A stretch of DNA of 64,000 nt from Thermoanaerobaculia bacterium. GTDB taxonomy: Bacteria > Acidobacteriota > Thermoanaerobaculia > Multivoradales > JAGPDF01. Below, piece by piece: positions 49,901-60,888 of the stretch. Position 1 is the first letter of the stretch. Each line of letters begins with the position of its first letter. Under the pieces are notes generated by a model. The model had not been told where the DNA came from and made no database searches. It saw only the letters and a list, made by a program, of their open reading frames with translations. The stretch lies in contig CAWBFZ010000010.1 of the NCBI GenBank assembly GCA_963788175.1, positions 6,313 through 70,312 of the forward strand, read 5' to 3'. The position numbers were made by a program, and so were the translations under genes.

Positions 49901-52168
49901 TCACCCCTCCTTGCGGATCAGCTTCCCGAGCTCGACGCGGTCGGCGGCGAGCAGCGCTTCGACGCGCGCCCGGTCGACGTCGGCGACGATGATCTGGCCG
50001 ACCTCGGTGTTGACCGCGGCGTAGATGCCGTGCGACTTCATCTTCGCCGCCTGGTACTGGTTGTCCTCGGTCGGCGAGACGTAGTGCACCGAATCGGCCT
50101 TGTAGCGGTGCACCAGGTAGAGGTGGATGAGGGTCATCAGGCGCTTCTGGCGCAGCTTCTCGTCGAAGGTGTTCTGGTCGCGCACCGAGAGGATGATCCG
50201 GCCGTGACGGTCCTGGATCGGCGCGAAGACGACGTTCGCCTCCTTCTCGTGACCTTTGCCGACGATCGCGAGCTCGAGGAGCTCCGACCCCGCGCGGTGC
50301 GGCTTGAGCTCGACGCCGAGCGCGAGGTCCAGCTTGTAGTGCGTGCTCCACAGCGCCAGCCACTCCTCGAGGAGCTTCTTCGGCACCTCGGTCTGGATGA
50401 GGTGCTGGTGCTGCGTCGAGCCCTTGCCCATCGCCTTGGTGGTCGCGGTGCGTCCCGACGAAGCGAGCAGCGCGGCATCCGCGCGTGGACCGCCGACCAG
50501 CGTCTGCGGCGTCTTGTAGGGTGATTCGACGAGCCGGATCTTGCGCTGCAGCCGGGCCAGCGCGAGCATCCCGTCCTGCTTCAGGGCGGTGGCGAACTCC
50601 TCCCCCGCCACGCCGTCGACCTGATGACCGCCGTAGGTGATGAAGTTGAAAACGAAGCCCATCTTGCCGAGCTCCTCCGGGAAGCGCCGCATCTCGTCGT
50701 CGCCCATGCCGGTCGAGTCCCAGTTGAACGACGGCGAGAGGTTGTAGGCCATCATCATCTCCGGGAACTCGGCGTGGATCGCCTCGGCGAACTCACGCGC
50801 GTCCTTGAGGTCGGCCGTCTTGGTCTCCATCCAGAGGATGTCGGCGAACGGCGCCGCGGCGAGCGACTTGGCGATCGCGTAATCGACTCCGCCGCGCACC
50901 TGGTAGTAGCCCTCCGGCGTCTTGGCGTGCTCGCAGTCCCAGATGATGTTGATGCCGAGCGCCTTCGCCTTCTCGCGTGCGGAGTAGAACGAGGCCCGCC
51001 TGGCGAATTTCCGCCATTGCTCGACGGTCATCTCGAGGGTCTCGCCCTCGCCGGCGCGAAACTCGAGGATCTCGGCGACCGCCTCGCCGTAGGTCTCGAG
51101 CCCCGCCTCGGCCTCCCAGCGCTCGACCAGACGCGACTCGACCTCGTCGAAGATGGCGTCGACCTTGGCGGCGCCGCCCTTGGCGTAGGTCGCGGCGCCG
51201 TCGTCGGCGATCCTGCCGAGGCCGGCGCGGTCGAGCCAGGCGTTGGCCGCGGCGTACTCCTCGTTCGAGACCTTGTAGAGCAGGTGGCCGTTGAGCTCCT
51301 TCACTCCGCGGTCGTGGAAGCGCTTCATCAGCGCCAGGAAGCAGAGCTTGTAGGCCGGCACCTGGAGGTTCGTCGCGCCGAGGATGAACGGCTGGTCGCG
51401 CTCGTCGCTGCGGCCGTCGAGGAGCGTCGCCGCCTCGGCGTCGGTGCGCGCCACGATGATGCCGGGGACACCCATCACGTCGAGCTGGAAGCGCGCCGCG
51501 TTCAGGCGCTTGATCTGCTCGTCGGAGGGCACCAGCACCTTGCCTCCCTGGTGGCCGCACTTCTTGGTGCCCGGACGCTGGTCCTCGATGTGGTAGCCCG
51601 GAACGCCGGCCTCGACGAAGCGGCGGACGAGGTTGCGCACGTGCGGATCGCCGCCGTGGCCGGTGTCGGCGTCGGCGATGATGAACGGCCGGAAGTCGGC
51701 GAGCGGCGTCGCCGCGCGCTGCGCCTCGCTCATCCGCGAGCGCAGGAAGTGCTGGTTGCGGTCGGCGGTGAGCAGCGCGCGCACCAGCGTCGCAGCCTCG
51801 TCCGGCACCTGGCTCAGGGGATAGCTGGCGAGATCGGAACCCGGATCCTCGGTCACCGAGCCCTTGGCCGAGGTCGCCCAGCCTCCCAGATAGATCCCTT
51901 CGATCCCGAGCCGCCGCATCGTCACCGCCTGGCCTGGCGAATAGGGTCCGAAGGTGGTGATGCTCTTCCTCCCGGCGAAGAGCTCGCGCAAGCGCTCGTG
52001 GAATGCGGCCGCGGTCTCGCGCGCCACCGTGTAGTCGACGGCGATCCCGCCGCGCTGGTCGACCACCTGCCGCGCCGAGTAGAGACGCAGGACGCGCGCG
52101 AAGCGCGGGCTGTCGAACCACTTCTGCAGAGCTTCAACCTGCTGATCGAACGTCGACATGATGGTCAT
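49901..52168 (-). CDS. aceA: Isocitrate lyase, long (ICL2/eukaryote-like) form
   Basis: The protein is 755 aa. The ICL signature [12 protein letters not shown] (K-[KR]-C-G-H) and DADTGHGG are present. The N-terminus is [18 protein letters not shown]. Confidence 0.9.
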   Translation of the reverse strand: MTIMSTFDQQVEALQKWFDSPRFARVLRLYSARQVVDQRGGIAVDYTVARETAAAFHERLRELFAGRKSITTFGPYSPGQAVTMRRLGIEGIYLGGWATSAKGSVTEDPGSDLASYPLSQVPDEAATLVRALLTADRNQHFLRSRMSEAQRAATPLADFRPFIIADADTGHGGDPHVRNLVRRFVEAGVPGYHIEDQRPGTKKCGHQGGKVLVPSDEQIKRLNAARFQLDVMGVPGIIVARTDAEAATLLDGRSDERDQPFILGATNLQVPAYKLCFLALMKRFHDRGVKELNGHLLYKVSNEEYAAANAWLDRAGLGRIADDGAATYAKGGAAKVDAIFDEVESRLVERWEAEAGLETYGEAVAEILEFRAGEGETLEMTVEQWRKFARRASFYSAREKAKALGINIIWDCEHAKTPEGYYQVRGGVDYAIAKSLAAAPFADILWMETKTADLKDAREFAEAIHAEFPEMMMAYNLSPSFNWDSTGMGDDEMRRFPEELGKMGFVFNFITYGGHQVDGVAGEEFATALKQDGMLALARLQRKIRLVESPYKTPQTLVGGPRADAALLASSGRTATTKAMGKGSTQHQHLIQTEVPKKLLEEWLALWSTHYKLDLALGVELKPHRAGSELLELAIVGKGHEKEANVVFAPIQDRHGRIILSVRDQNTFDEKLRQKRLMTLIHLYLVHRYKADSVHYVSPTEDNQYQAAKMKSHGIYAAVNTEVGQIIVADVDRARVEALLAADRVELGKLIRKEG

Positions 52169-52186
52169 GGGAGGTCCTGTTCTCGG

Positions 52187-54106
52187 TCAGACTGCCGGGT
52201 GACGGGTGAAATCGAGATTGCCGGTGATGCGCGTGCCGTCCTTCTCGAAGAGCTCGAGGAACTGCGCGATGCGCTGCCGCGCAACGCCGAGGTCGTACTC
52301 GTCGAGATTCAGATTCAGGAGATCGATGTACCAGGGGACCTTGGTCTGCGACGCGACGTAGGCCTTGACGATGGCGCGCGCGATCGGCAGCGTCGTCGTC
52401 TTGGAATCGTCGTGCACGTCGCGATCGCGGGCGGCAAGGAGCTTGTCGTACTCCTCGTCGAGCAGGCGCTCGAAGAGTCCCGGCGAAAAAGCGTCGCCGG
52501 CACGCACTCCCGTCGCCTCGTCATCGTCGGTGAAGCGCCCGCCCTTGTGCAGCCATTCCCAGAGAATGCTGAGGCGGATCTCGCCGGTCGCCATGTCCTC
52601 CATCAGATAGAGCACATCGTCGTTGCCGAAGAAATCCGCGGCTTTCAGCGCCGCCGCCTGGAAGCCCTGCCCGAAGGCGTTGCCGTACTGCAGGCCGACG
52701 GAGAGCAGATCGCGCGCTCCGCGCACGGTGCGCGGCGCCGGCTCGAGCTCGATGAGCCTCGCGGCATCCGCGGCATCGTAGGTCAGCCGGGGAAAAGCGC
52801 GCCCGAGCTGATTCTCCGCGCCGGCGCGCTCCCAGACCGGACGCACGATGTGCACCATCTTCCAGTGCGCCACCCATTTGCCGGAGGCACCCTCGCGCTG
52901 CTCGCGCTCGGCCCCGGCGACCGCGCGCCGCATGCCGGCCGCGACGCCGGCCTCCGAACCGACCGGGATGTTCGGCTCCATGCCGCCCTGCCAGAGAGCC
53001 GAGCGGCCTTCGAGGTCGGGAGTGTTCACCGCCCGCCGCACGCGGTCCTCGTAGTGGCGCATGTAGCCGTAGGTCATCGTGATCGCGTCGATGTTCGGAT
53101 TCACGAACTCCGGGTCCCACGCCAGCGCGTCGGAGACGCTGTTGATGTAGTCCCATCGTCCGGTGTTGAAGCCGACGAAATGCACGCCGAGGGCGGCGCG
53201 GATCTCCATCAGCTGGAAGGCCGCCTCGATCTGCTCGACGAGGACGTAGACCAGGATCGTCCCGGCGGGGAGTCCCAGGTGCTGCTCGAGCGCGGCCAGG
53301 ATCCGGTTCCACAGCGCCGCCTCGTCTGCCGTCTGGATCTTCGGCAGGTAGAGCACCACCGACGAGCCGGCGGCGCGCAGCCGGCGGTGGTTGTTGACGA
53401 CGTAGAGCACGAGGTCGACGATCGAGGCCGAGAAGCCCGCAACGCCGGCAGCGCCCGCCTCGCGCACGTGGCGGTCGTCGAGGTGCAGGCCGCGGGCGCG
53501 GAAGATCTTCGTCGTGAAGCCCAGCTGGGTGCGCCAGTCGGCGACGATCTCGCGGCCGAAGAAGCCGCGCGCCCAGGCGTTCATCTCACCGGCGACCTGC
53601 CCGGCGACGTCGAGGAAGAGCGGGTCGGCGGCGATTGCCAGCTTCAGGTTGCGCTGGTTGTCGAGCGCCATCGTCGCGACCTGCCCGAGGGCGTCCTCGC
53701 CGTCGAACATCCAGCCGTCGGCGCCGGAGAGCAGCGCGTAGGCGACGTTGCGCAAGCTGCCCGCCAACCCCTCGCCGAAGCCTCCCGGCCGGGTGGCCGG
53801 ACCGGTCCCCTGGATCCACTGCCGCCGGAGGTCGGCAGGGATCGCCGGTCCGACGAACCTGCCTTCCCGCGCCTCCCCGACCCGGATCTCGGTCCCCGGG
53901 ATGGTTCCGTCGGGGTCGAGAAAGTCGATCCTGCGCCCTTCTCTGGCGCGCTCCCGGCGCCGGTCGATGCGCTCCGCCATCAGCCGGAGGCGATCCCGGT
54001 TGAGCGGCGCCAGGGCCTCACAGGCCGCGGCCGCTTCGGCCGTCCAGATGTCGGCATAGTCGCGCCGGACCGCATCTCTCCATTCGAGACTCGACGTCGG
54101 AGCCAT
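52187..54106 (-). CDS. aceB: Malate synthase (MSA-type catalytic core with an extended N-terminus)
   Basis: VLYLPKIQTADEAALWNRILAALEQHLGLPAGTILVYVLVEQIEAAFQLMEIRAALGVHFVGFNTGRWDYINS matches the malate synthase A core (YLPKxE...GTIxxxVLIE...GRWDYIFS). It ends 18 nt upstream of aceA, forming a glyoxylate-shunt operon. Confidence 0.8.
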   Translation of the reverse strand: MAPTSSLEWRDAVRRDYADIWTAEAAAACEALAPLNRDRLRLMAERIDRRRERAREGRRIDFLDPDGTIPGTEIRVGEAREGRFVGPAIPADLRRQWIQGTGPATRPGGFGEGLAGSLRNVAYALLSGADGWMFDGEDALGQVATMALDNQRNLKLAIAADPLFLDVAGQVAGEMNAWARGFFGREIVADWRTQLGFTTKIFRARGLHLDDRHVREAGAAGVAGFSASIVDLVLYVVNNHRRLRAAGSSVVLYLPKIQTADEAALWNRILAALEQHLGLPAGTILVYVLVEQIEAAFQLMEIRAALGVHFVGFNTGRWDYINSVSDALAWDPEFVNPNIDAITMTYGYMRHYEDRVRRAVNTPDLEGRSALWQGGMEPNIPVGSEAGVAAGMRRAVAGAEREQREGASGKWVAHWKMVHIVRPVWERAGAENQLGRAFPRLTYDAADAARLIELEPAPRTVRGARDLLSVGLQYGNAFGQGFQAAALKAADFFGNDDVLYLMEDMATGEIRLSILWEWLHKGGRFTDDDEATGVRAGDAFSPGLFERLLDEEYDKLLAARDRDVHDDSKTTTLPIARAIVKAYVASQTKVPWYIDLLNLNLDEYDLGVARQRIAQFLELFEKDGTRITGNLDFTRHPAV

Positions 54107-54278
54107 CCACTCTCCCTTCGCAGGAATTCTCCCACTTTTTTGCCGCAGTGCGGCACTCCCTCATCGGGTGGGAGCGATCGGTCGCACCAGAAGCGTGCCG
54201 CCCGTCCCGCCTGGGCGTCCTGGCCGCGCCGAACGGCCAGCCAACAAGCGGGAGGAGGAAAGAGGCTCGCCGGACGGA

Positions 54279-54977
54279 TCAGGAGAGCGCAACGAGCTCG
54301 AGCGCTGCCGGATCCAGAATCAGGAAGCCGTCGCGATCGGTACGCACGAGACCCTCCTTGCCCCAGCGGCTCATCACCCGGATCGCCGTCTCGATGGTCG
54401 TCGCGCAGAGGTCGGCCAACTCCTGGCGCGTCAGCTTGACCGGAACGAACAGACCGTCGGCCCGCCGCACGCCCTGTTCGTCGCCCAGCTTGCAGAGCAG
54501 GCGGGCCATGCGCGCCTCGACGCGCCCGCCGGAGAGCTCGGCCATCCGCTTGGTCAGCTCGACGAGGCGGAGCGTCAAGCCGGAGAGCAGCCCGCGCACC
54601 AGAGAGGGATGTGCCTCGAGCAGGGAGAAGAAGGCGTCGCGGCGGGTCACCAGGCAGACCGTGTCGACCGTCGCCGTCGCCGACGCCGGATAGGCGAAAC
54701 CCTCGAACGCCGCAACGGCGCCGATCGGGTCGCCCGGACCGGGCATGTCGAGAATGACCTCGCGCCCGGCGGGGGTCAGCTTCGCCACCTTCACCCGGCC
54801 GTCGACGACCAGGTGCACCGACCGCGCCAGGTCACCCTCCCGGAAGATCAGGCTGGCGCGCGGGAAGCTCTCGAGCGTCGAAACCGCCGCGAGCTTGGCG
54901 CGGTCGTCCGGCTGGAGCCGCCGGTAGAGCGCCAGCGAGGCGATCGCCTGTTCGACCTGGGAATGCATGGGGCGCAT
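54279..54977 (-). CDS. Crp/Fnr-family transcriptional regulator (cNMP-binding domain + C-terminal HTH)
   Basis: The cNMP-binding-like region is LIFREGDLARSVHLVVDGRVKVAKLTPAGREVIL. The C-terminal HTH is LTRQELADLCATTIETAIRVMSRWGKEGLV. The start was chosen at MRPMHSQ; the ORF extends to 55031. Confidence 0.7.
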   Translation of the reverse strand: MRPMHSQVEQAIASLALYRRLQPDDRAKLAAVSTLESFPRASLIFREGDLARSVHLVVDGRVKVAKLTPAGREVILDMPGPGDPIGAVAAFEGFAYPASATATVDTVCLVTRRDAFFSLLEAHPSLVRGLLSGLTLRLVELTKRMAELSGGRVEARMARLLCKLGDEQGVRRADGLFVPVKLTRQELADLCATTIETAIRVMSRWGKEGLVRTDRDGFLILDPAALELVALS

Positions 54978-55114
54978 CGTAACCGATACCCGGCCCGCGG
55001 CGCTCCCCGGGCCAGGGATGACGCCCGTCATGTCCTGCGCTCTCCCGGATTGCTACCTTGGCAGCTGAGCAGTGCGCAGGGCTCCCCGAGCCGGGAGCGG
55101 AAAGGACTCTTCCC

Positions 55115-55873
55115 TTGACTAGATTCGATCTGTCCACACCTGTCGGCGAGATCGTCGCCCGGCATCCGAGCACCAGCCGCATCTTCGACCGCGCCGGCGT
55201 CGACTTCTGCTGCGGCGGCAAGCGGTCGCTGGGCGAAGCCTGCCGGGTGAAGGGCTTGCCGGCCGACCATCTTCTGGCGGAGCTCGAGGCAGAGCTCGCG
55301 GCAATCGCAGCCAGCGCAGCCAGCGCAGCCAGCGGCGACGAACCGGACAGCTCACTGGCCGACGCTCCGCTGCCGGCGCTCGCCCGCTACATCGTCGAGC
55401 GCTTCCACGTTCCCTTGCGCGAGGAGCTGCCGCGGCTCGGCCGCATGGCCGAGCGGGTGCTCGAGGCCCACGGCCGCGCCCACCCGGAGCTCGTCCCTGA
55501 GCTCGTCCGCATCTTCCGGGCCTTCCGCCCCGAGCTCGAGGAGCACATGGCGAAGGAGGAGGCGGCCCTCTTCCCCGCGATCGAGGCCCTGGAGAGCCCC
55601 TCGGCTGGCGGGCGGATCCCGCCCATCGCCGAGCAGATCGCCGGCCTCGAAGGGGAGCACGACGGCGCCGGAGCGGCGCTCACCCGCCTGCGCGAGCTGA
55701 CCGGCGGCTTCACCCCTCCCGCCGGGGCATGCAACACCTTCCGTGCGCTCTACGACGGTCTCGCCCATCTCGAGAGCGAGATGCACCTGCACGTCCACCT
55801 CGAGAACAGCGTCCTCTTCCCCCGCGCTGCGGCGCGTGAACGCGAGCTCGGAGCCGACTGCACAAGGACTTGA
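55115..55873 (+). CDS. Iron-sulfur cluster repair di-iron protein (RIC/YtfE/ScdA family)
   Basis: The ScdA_N motif is IFDRAGVDFCCGGKRSLGEAC, followed by hemerythrin-like His/Glu-rich repeats (HMAKEEAALFP, HLHVHLENSVLFP). TTG 55115 is preceded by GGAAAGGA; ORF frame 55058..55873. Confidence 0.7.
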   Translation: MTRFDLSTPVGEIVARHPSTSRIFDRAGVDFCCGGKRSLGEACRVKGLPADHLLAELEAELAAIAASAASAASGDEPDSSLADAPLPALARYIVERFHVPLREELPRLGRMAERVLEAHGRAHPELVPELVRIFRAFRPELEEHMAKEEAALFPAIEALESPSAGGRIPPIAEQIAGLEGEHDGAGAALTRLRELTGGFTPPAGACNTFRALYDGLAHLESEMHLHVHLENSVLFPRAAARERELGADCTRT

Positions 55874-56040
55874 GCAGTTTGCAGCCCTCCCGGCGAAAGG
55901 CAGGAACGAGGTGACGCGGACGGCCCGTCGCGCTATCGTTGCGCGCAAGCCGCACCCGTTTCATCGCCACCTGGCAAGATCCGTTCTTCCATGTTTCCTG
56001 TCCGCCTGACGGACCGTCCGCCGGTCCCTGGAGCCTCGAG

Positions 56041-59000
56041 ATGAGACTCTCCGCCCGCGCCGCCCTGCTCCTCTGCATCTGCGCTCTTGCCGTCTCGGGC
56101 GCCGAAGCACAGATCTCGCTGACCACGCTCGGAAGTCCGTACACCCAAGACTTCGACACGCTCGCGACATCGGGCACAGGAAATGCTGGACGGACAACTC
56201 GACGCTCCTCGGCTGGTATTCCCAGTTCAGCCTCGTCGCGGCGGAGTCCGACGACCTTCCGTGCTGACGCGGGGGCATCCGCCACGGGTGCGATCTACAG
56301 TTGCGGCACCGGCACCGCTAGCGAGCGCGCCTTCGGATCGGTCGCTTCGGGCACTCCCGGGACCATCCTCAACGCCGTCCGCTTCGTCAACAACACCGGC
56401 TCGACGATCGGCTCGCTCCTTCTCGCCTACACCGGCGAGCAATGGCGCAACGGCGGCAACGCCACCGCTCACCAGCTCGACTTCCAGTATCAGGTCGGTG
56501 CAGCCGGGCGCCATCACCGACGCCAACACACCGGCGACCGGTTGGCTCGATTTCGAACTCCCTCGACTTCGTCGGCCCGATTGTCGGCGCGACCGCCGCG
56601 GCTCTCGACGGCAACTCCGCAGCCAACCGCACCGCGCTCTCGACGACCCTCACCGTGACGGTCGCCCAGGCCAGGAGATCTGGCTGCGCTGGCTCGACCC
56701 CAACGACGCAGGGAACGATCACGGCCTCGCCGTGGACGACCTCTCGCTCACTCCCCAGGGTGCCGTTCCGGCAACGAATCTCTCGATCGACGACGTCTCG
56801 CTCAATGAGGGCGACGCCGGCACGACGACCTTCACCTTCACTGTGAGCCTCTCTTCGCCGGCCCCGGTCGGCGACGTCTCCTTCGACCATCGCCACTGCC
56901 GACGGCACGGCCACGCAGCCGGGCGACTACGCCCAGAAGACGCTCAGCGCGCAGATCATCCCCGCCGCCAGCTCGACCTACACCTTCGATGTGCTCGTCA
57001 ACGGCGACTTGACGATGGAGGGCAACGACACCTTCTTCGTCAACGTCAGCAGCGTCGTCGGGACGGGCGTCACCGTCACCGACGGCCAGGGGCAGGGAAC
57101 TATCCTCAACGACGACGTCGCGCTCTCCTTCATTCACGACGTCCAGGGCAGCGGCGCAGCGACGCCGGTTCCCGGGGCGACGGTGATGGTCGAGGGCGTC
57201 GTCATCGGCCGACTTCCAGGCGACGACGCAGCTCTCCGGCTTCTTCCTCGAGGAGGAGGACGGCGACGCCGACGCCGATCCGCTGACCTCCGAGGGCATC
57301 TTCGTCTTCTGCAACAGCTGCCCGACAGCGGTCGCCGAGGGCCAGCGGGTGCGGGTCACCGGCATGGTGGCGGAGTTCTTCTTCAACACCGAGATCACCG
57401 CCAGCACGGCCGGCGCGGTCGTCGTCACCGACGCCGGCAACCACCTCGCCCAGGTGACGCCGGCGGCGATCGACCTGCCGGTCGTCGGCGTGGTCAACGA
57501 CTTCTACGAGGCGCGCGAAGGGATGCGGGTCACCTTCGTCGACACCCTGACGGTCGCCGAGTACTTCGAGCTCGCGCGCTACGGCCAGGTCGAGCTCTTC
57601 GAAGGCGGCCGGCCGCGCCAGTTCACCGCCGACTCGGCGCCCAGCGTCGCGGGCTACACCGCCCACCTCGAAAGCCTCAGTCGGCGCCGCGTCATCCTCG
57701 ACGACGACGACAACAGCCAGAACGTCTCGCTCAACGACCCCAACGGCAGCCAGTTCATCTTCCATCCGCGCGCCAACGGCGGCTTCTCGGTCGGCACGCA
57801 AGGCATCGACTTCTTCCGCGGTGGCGACCTGGTGAACGGCCTGACCGGCGTCCTCGACTGGTCGTTCGCCGGCGTGACCGGTACCGACGCCTGGCGGATC
57901 CGCCCGACGGCGGCGAACCCGGCCGGCTTTCACGCGTCGCGAATCCGCGTCCAGTCGACTCCGCCCGCGGTCGGCGGCGCCATCCGCGCCGTCGGCATGA
58001 ACCTGCTCAACTACTTCACCACCATCGACACGACGTCGAGCACGAGCAGCGGGCCCTGCGGACCAGGGGGAACCCTCGACTGCCGCGGCGCCGACAGCGT
58101 CGCCGAGCTCAACCGCCAGCGCGAGCGGGCCTCGATTGTGATCTGCACGCTCGAACGCCGACGTCTACGGCTTCGGCGAGCTCGAGAACACCACGCCCTC
58201 GGCCGCGATCACCGACCTGCTCGGCGCGGTCAACGCCCGCTGCGGCGGGGCGCATCCCTACGCCTTCGCCAGCACCGGCGGCACCCTCGGCACCGACGCC
58301 ATTCGCGTGCAGATCATCTACCGCACCGGCATTCTGGCGCCGTTCGGCGGCCCGCTCTCCGACCTCGACCCGATCCACAACCGGCCGCCGACCGCGCAGA
58401 CCTTCGACGTCGTCGACGCCACGAACCCGGCCTTCGGCGAGCGCTTCACCGTCGTCGCCAATCACTTCAAGTCGAAGGGCTCGAGCGCCGGCCTGCCCGG
58501 CGACGCCGACGCCGGAGACGGCGCCGGATTCTCCAACGCCACGCGCACCGCGCAGGCGGCGCGTCTGCTCACCTGGATCGCGGAGCACCGTGCTGCCCGC
58601 GGCAGGCGATCCCGACGTCCTGCTGCTCGGCGACTTCAACTCCTACGCCCAGGAGACCCCGGTGACGACCCTCACCGGCGGCGGCTATACCGACCTCGAG
58701 AGCGCTCTCCTCGGCCCTGCGGCTTACTCCTACCTCTTCGACGGCCAGCTCGGCCACCTCGACTACGCCTTCTCGAGCGCCAGCCTGACGCCGCAGGTCA
58801 CCGGTGTCGGCGCCTGGCACATCAACGCCGACGAGGCCGATCTGCTCGACTACAACGACGAGATCAAGGATGTCGGCGAAGCGGCCTTCGAGGAGAAGCC
58901 GGACGGCTCGGCGCTGCTGCCGCCGCGTGTCCTCTTCCAGCCGGCGACGCCCTACCGCGCCTCGGACCACGACCCGGTGATCGTCGGGATGTTCCAGGTC

Positions 59001-60719
59001 GCCGACCTGGCGGTCAGCAAGGTCGGTACGCCCGACCCGGTCAACGCGGGCACCCAGCTCACCTACACGATCACCGTCACCAACCTGGGGCCGGATGCGG
59101 CGGCCGGCGTCGATCTCTCCGACACCCTGCCGGCAGGGACGACCTTCGTTTCGCTGCTCTCGCCTGCCGCCTGGAGCTGCACCACACCGGGGCTCGGTGC
59201 AGGCGGCACCGTCGACTGCTCCAACCCGTCGTTCGCCGTCGGGAGCGACATCTTCACGCTCGTCGTGCTCATCGACCCATCGACCCCTGCAGCGACGGTC
59301 ATCTCGAACACCGCCGCGGTCGCTTCGACGACCGGGGATCCGAATCCGGCCGACAACAGCTCGACCTCGACCACGACCGTCGCGCTGGGCAGTGCCAGCG
59401 TTTACCTCCTCAAGGACGACGATGTCGACCCGGTCCTGCCGGGCGGACTCCTCACCTACACGATCTCGGTCAGCAACGAAGGCCCAAGCAACGCAACGGC
59501 CGCGACCATGTCCGATCCGCTGCCCGTTGGCACAACCTTCCAGTCCCTTTCCGCCCCGGCGGGCTGGTCGTGCACGACGCCGGCTGTCGGCGCCAACGGC
59601 ACGGTGAACTGCGTGATCGGTTCCTTCGCCGTCGGGACGGCCGTTTTCGTCGTCGGCGTCCAGGTCGACGGGTCGTTGCCCGGCGGCACCGTGCTTGCCA
59701 ACACCGCGGTTGCGACGGCCAGCACCCCGGATCCTTCGCCCGGCGACGAGAGCGACACCGAGATCACGACCGTCGGCGCCGGGAGTGCGGATGTCGGAGT
59801 GACGATCGCCGACTTCCCCGACCCGGTCGCCGGCGGCAGCAACGTGACCTACACCGTCGTCGCGAGCCTCTCCGCCGCGCTGAGCGACGCCACGGCGGTC
59901 GCCCTGACTCTGCCACTCGATCCCGATGCGGGCTTTCAGTCCGTCGCCGCACCCGCTGGCTGGAGCTGCTCGACGCCGCCGATCGGTAGCGCCGGGACGG
60001 TGCTGTGCTCGATCGCCAGCCTTCCGGCTTCCGCCAGCGAGAGCTTCGATCTCGTCGTCGCAGCGCCGAACAACCTGCCACCCGGCGCAACCATTACCCA
60101 GAGCGCCTCCTTCAAGGTCTTCACGAACGGCCGTGACGTGGTCGCAGTGGACAGCGAGGCAACGACCGTCCTGGCGCCGGCGAGCCTCACGGCGACGAAG
60201 ACGGTCGCGACGACCGGAATTCCCGGTGCGGCGGTGACCTACACCCTCGTGATCGAGAACCTCGGACCGGCTACCCAGGCCGACAACCCCGGGGACGAGC
60301 TCACCGACACGCTGCCGGTCGAGCTCGATCTCATCGGCGCCACGGCGACCTCGGGAACGGCCGCGGTCGACATCGGCAACGGCATCGTGACCTGGAACGG
60401 CTCGATTCCGGCCGGCGGCTCGGTGACGATCGTCATCGACGCGACCCTGGCGGCGGAAACGGCCATCGGAACGACGATCGCGAACCAGGGCACCCTCGCC
60501 TTTGACGGCGACGGCGACGGCACCAACGAGTCGAGCGCGGTGACCGACGACCCCGCGCCCACCGGCGCGGACGATCCGACGGCCTTCGTCGTCGTCGCGC
60601 CGCTCTCGGTGATCGAGATCCCGGCGCTCGACAGCGTCGGCCTTGCCGCCCTCGCCCTGCTGCTCGGTGGGCTGGCCATCGCCCGCCTTGCGCATTCGCG
60701 GCGCCGCCCGGCCGGCTGA
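56041..60719 (+). pseudogene. Large cell-surface ExeM/NucH-type extracellular nuclease (EEP fold) with Calx-beta, DUF11-like repeats and an IPTL-CTERM-like anchor; at least 6-8 frameshifts
   Basis: Signal peptide MRLSARAALLLCICALAVSGAEA. Calx-beta-like segment: DVSLNEGDAGTTTFTFTVSLSS...TADGTATQPGDYAQKTLSA...EGNDTFFVNVSSV. EEP nuclease motifs: LLLGDFNSYAQETPV, GHLDYAFSSASL, YRASDHDPVIVGMF. Five DUF11-like repeats follow (LTYTITVTNLGPDAAAGVDLSDTLPAGTTFVSL...WSCTT). The C-terminus is IPALDSVGLAALALLLGGLAIARLAHSRRRPAG. The protein can be read only by switching among ORFs 55939.., 56183.., 56442.. and 56991... Confidence 0.6.
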
Positions 60720-60888
60720 CCGAAGGTCGGGCACACCCATTGCAGCTCTTCCCGGAATCGGCGGAGCTGCCATGGGCGAACCGCGCCCCCGACGGCCGAT
60801 GTTCGCGATGCTGCAGCCGGGAGCCGGCCCAGCGAGGCTTGGTGCTCCCTGCCGGAGGGTCTATGCTGATTGCGAAGGAGAACCGATC

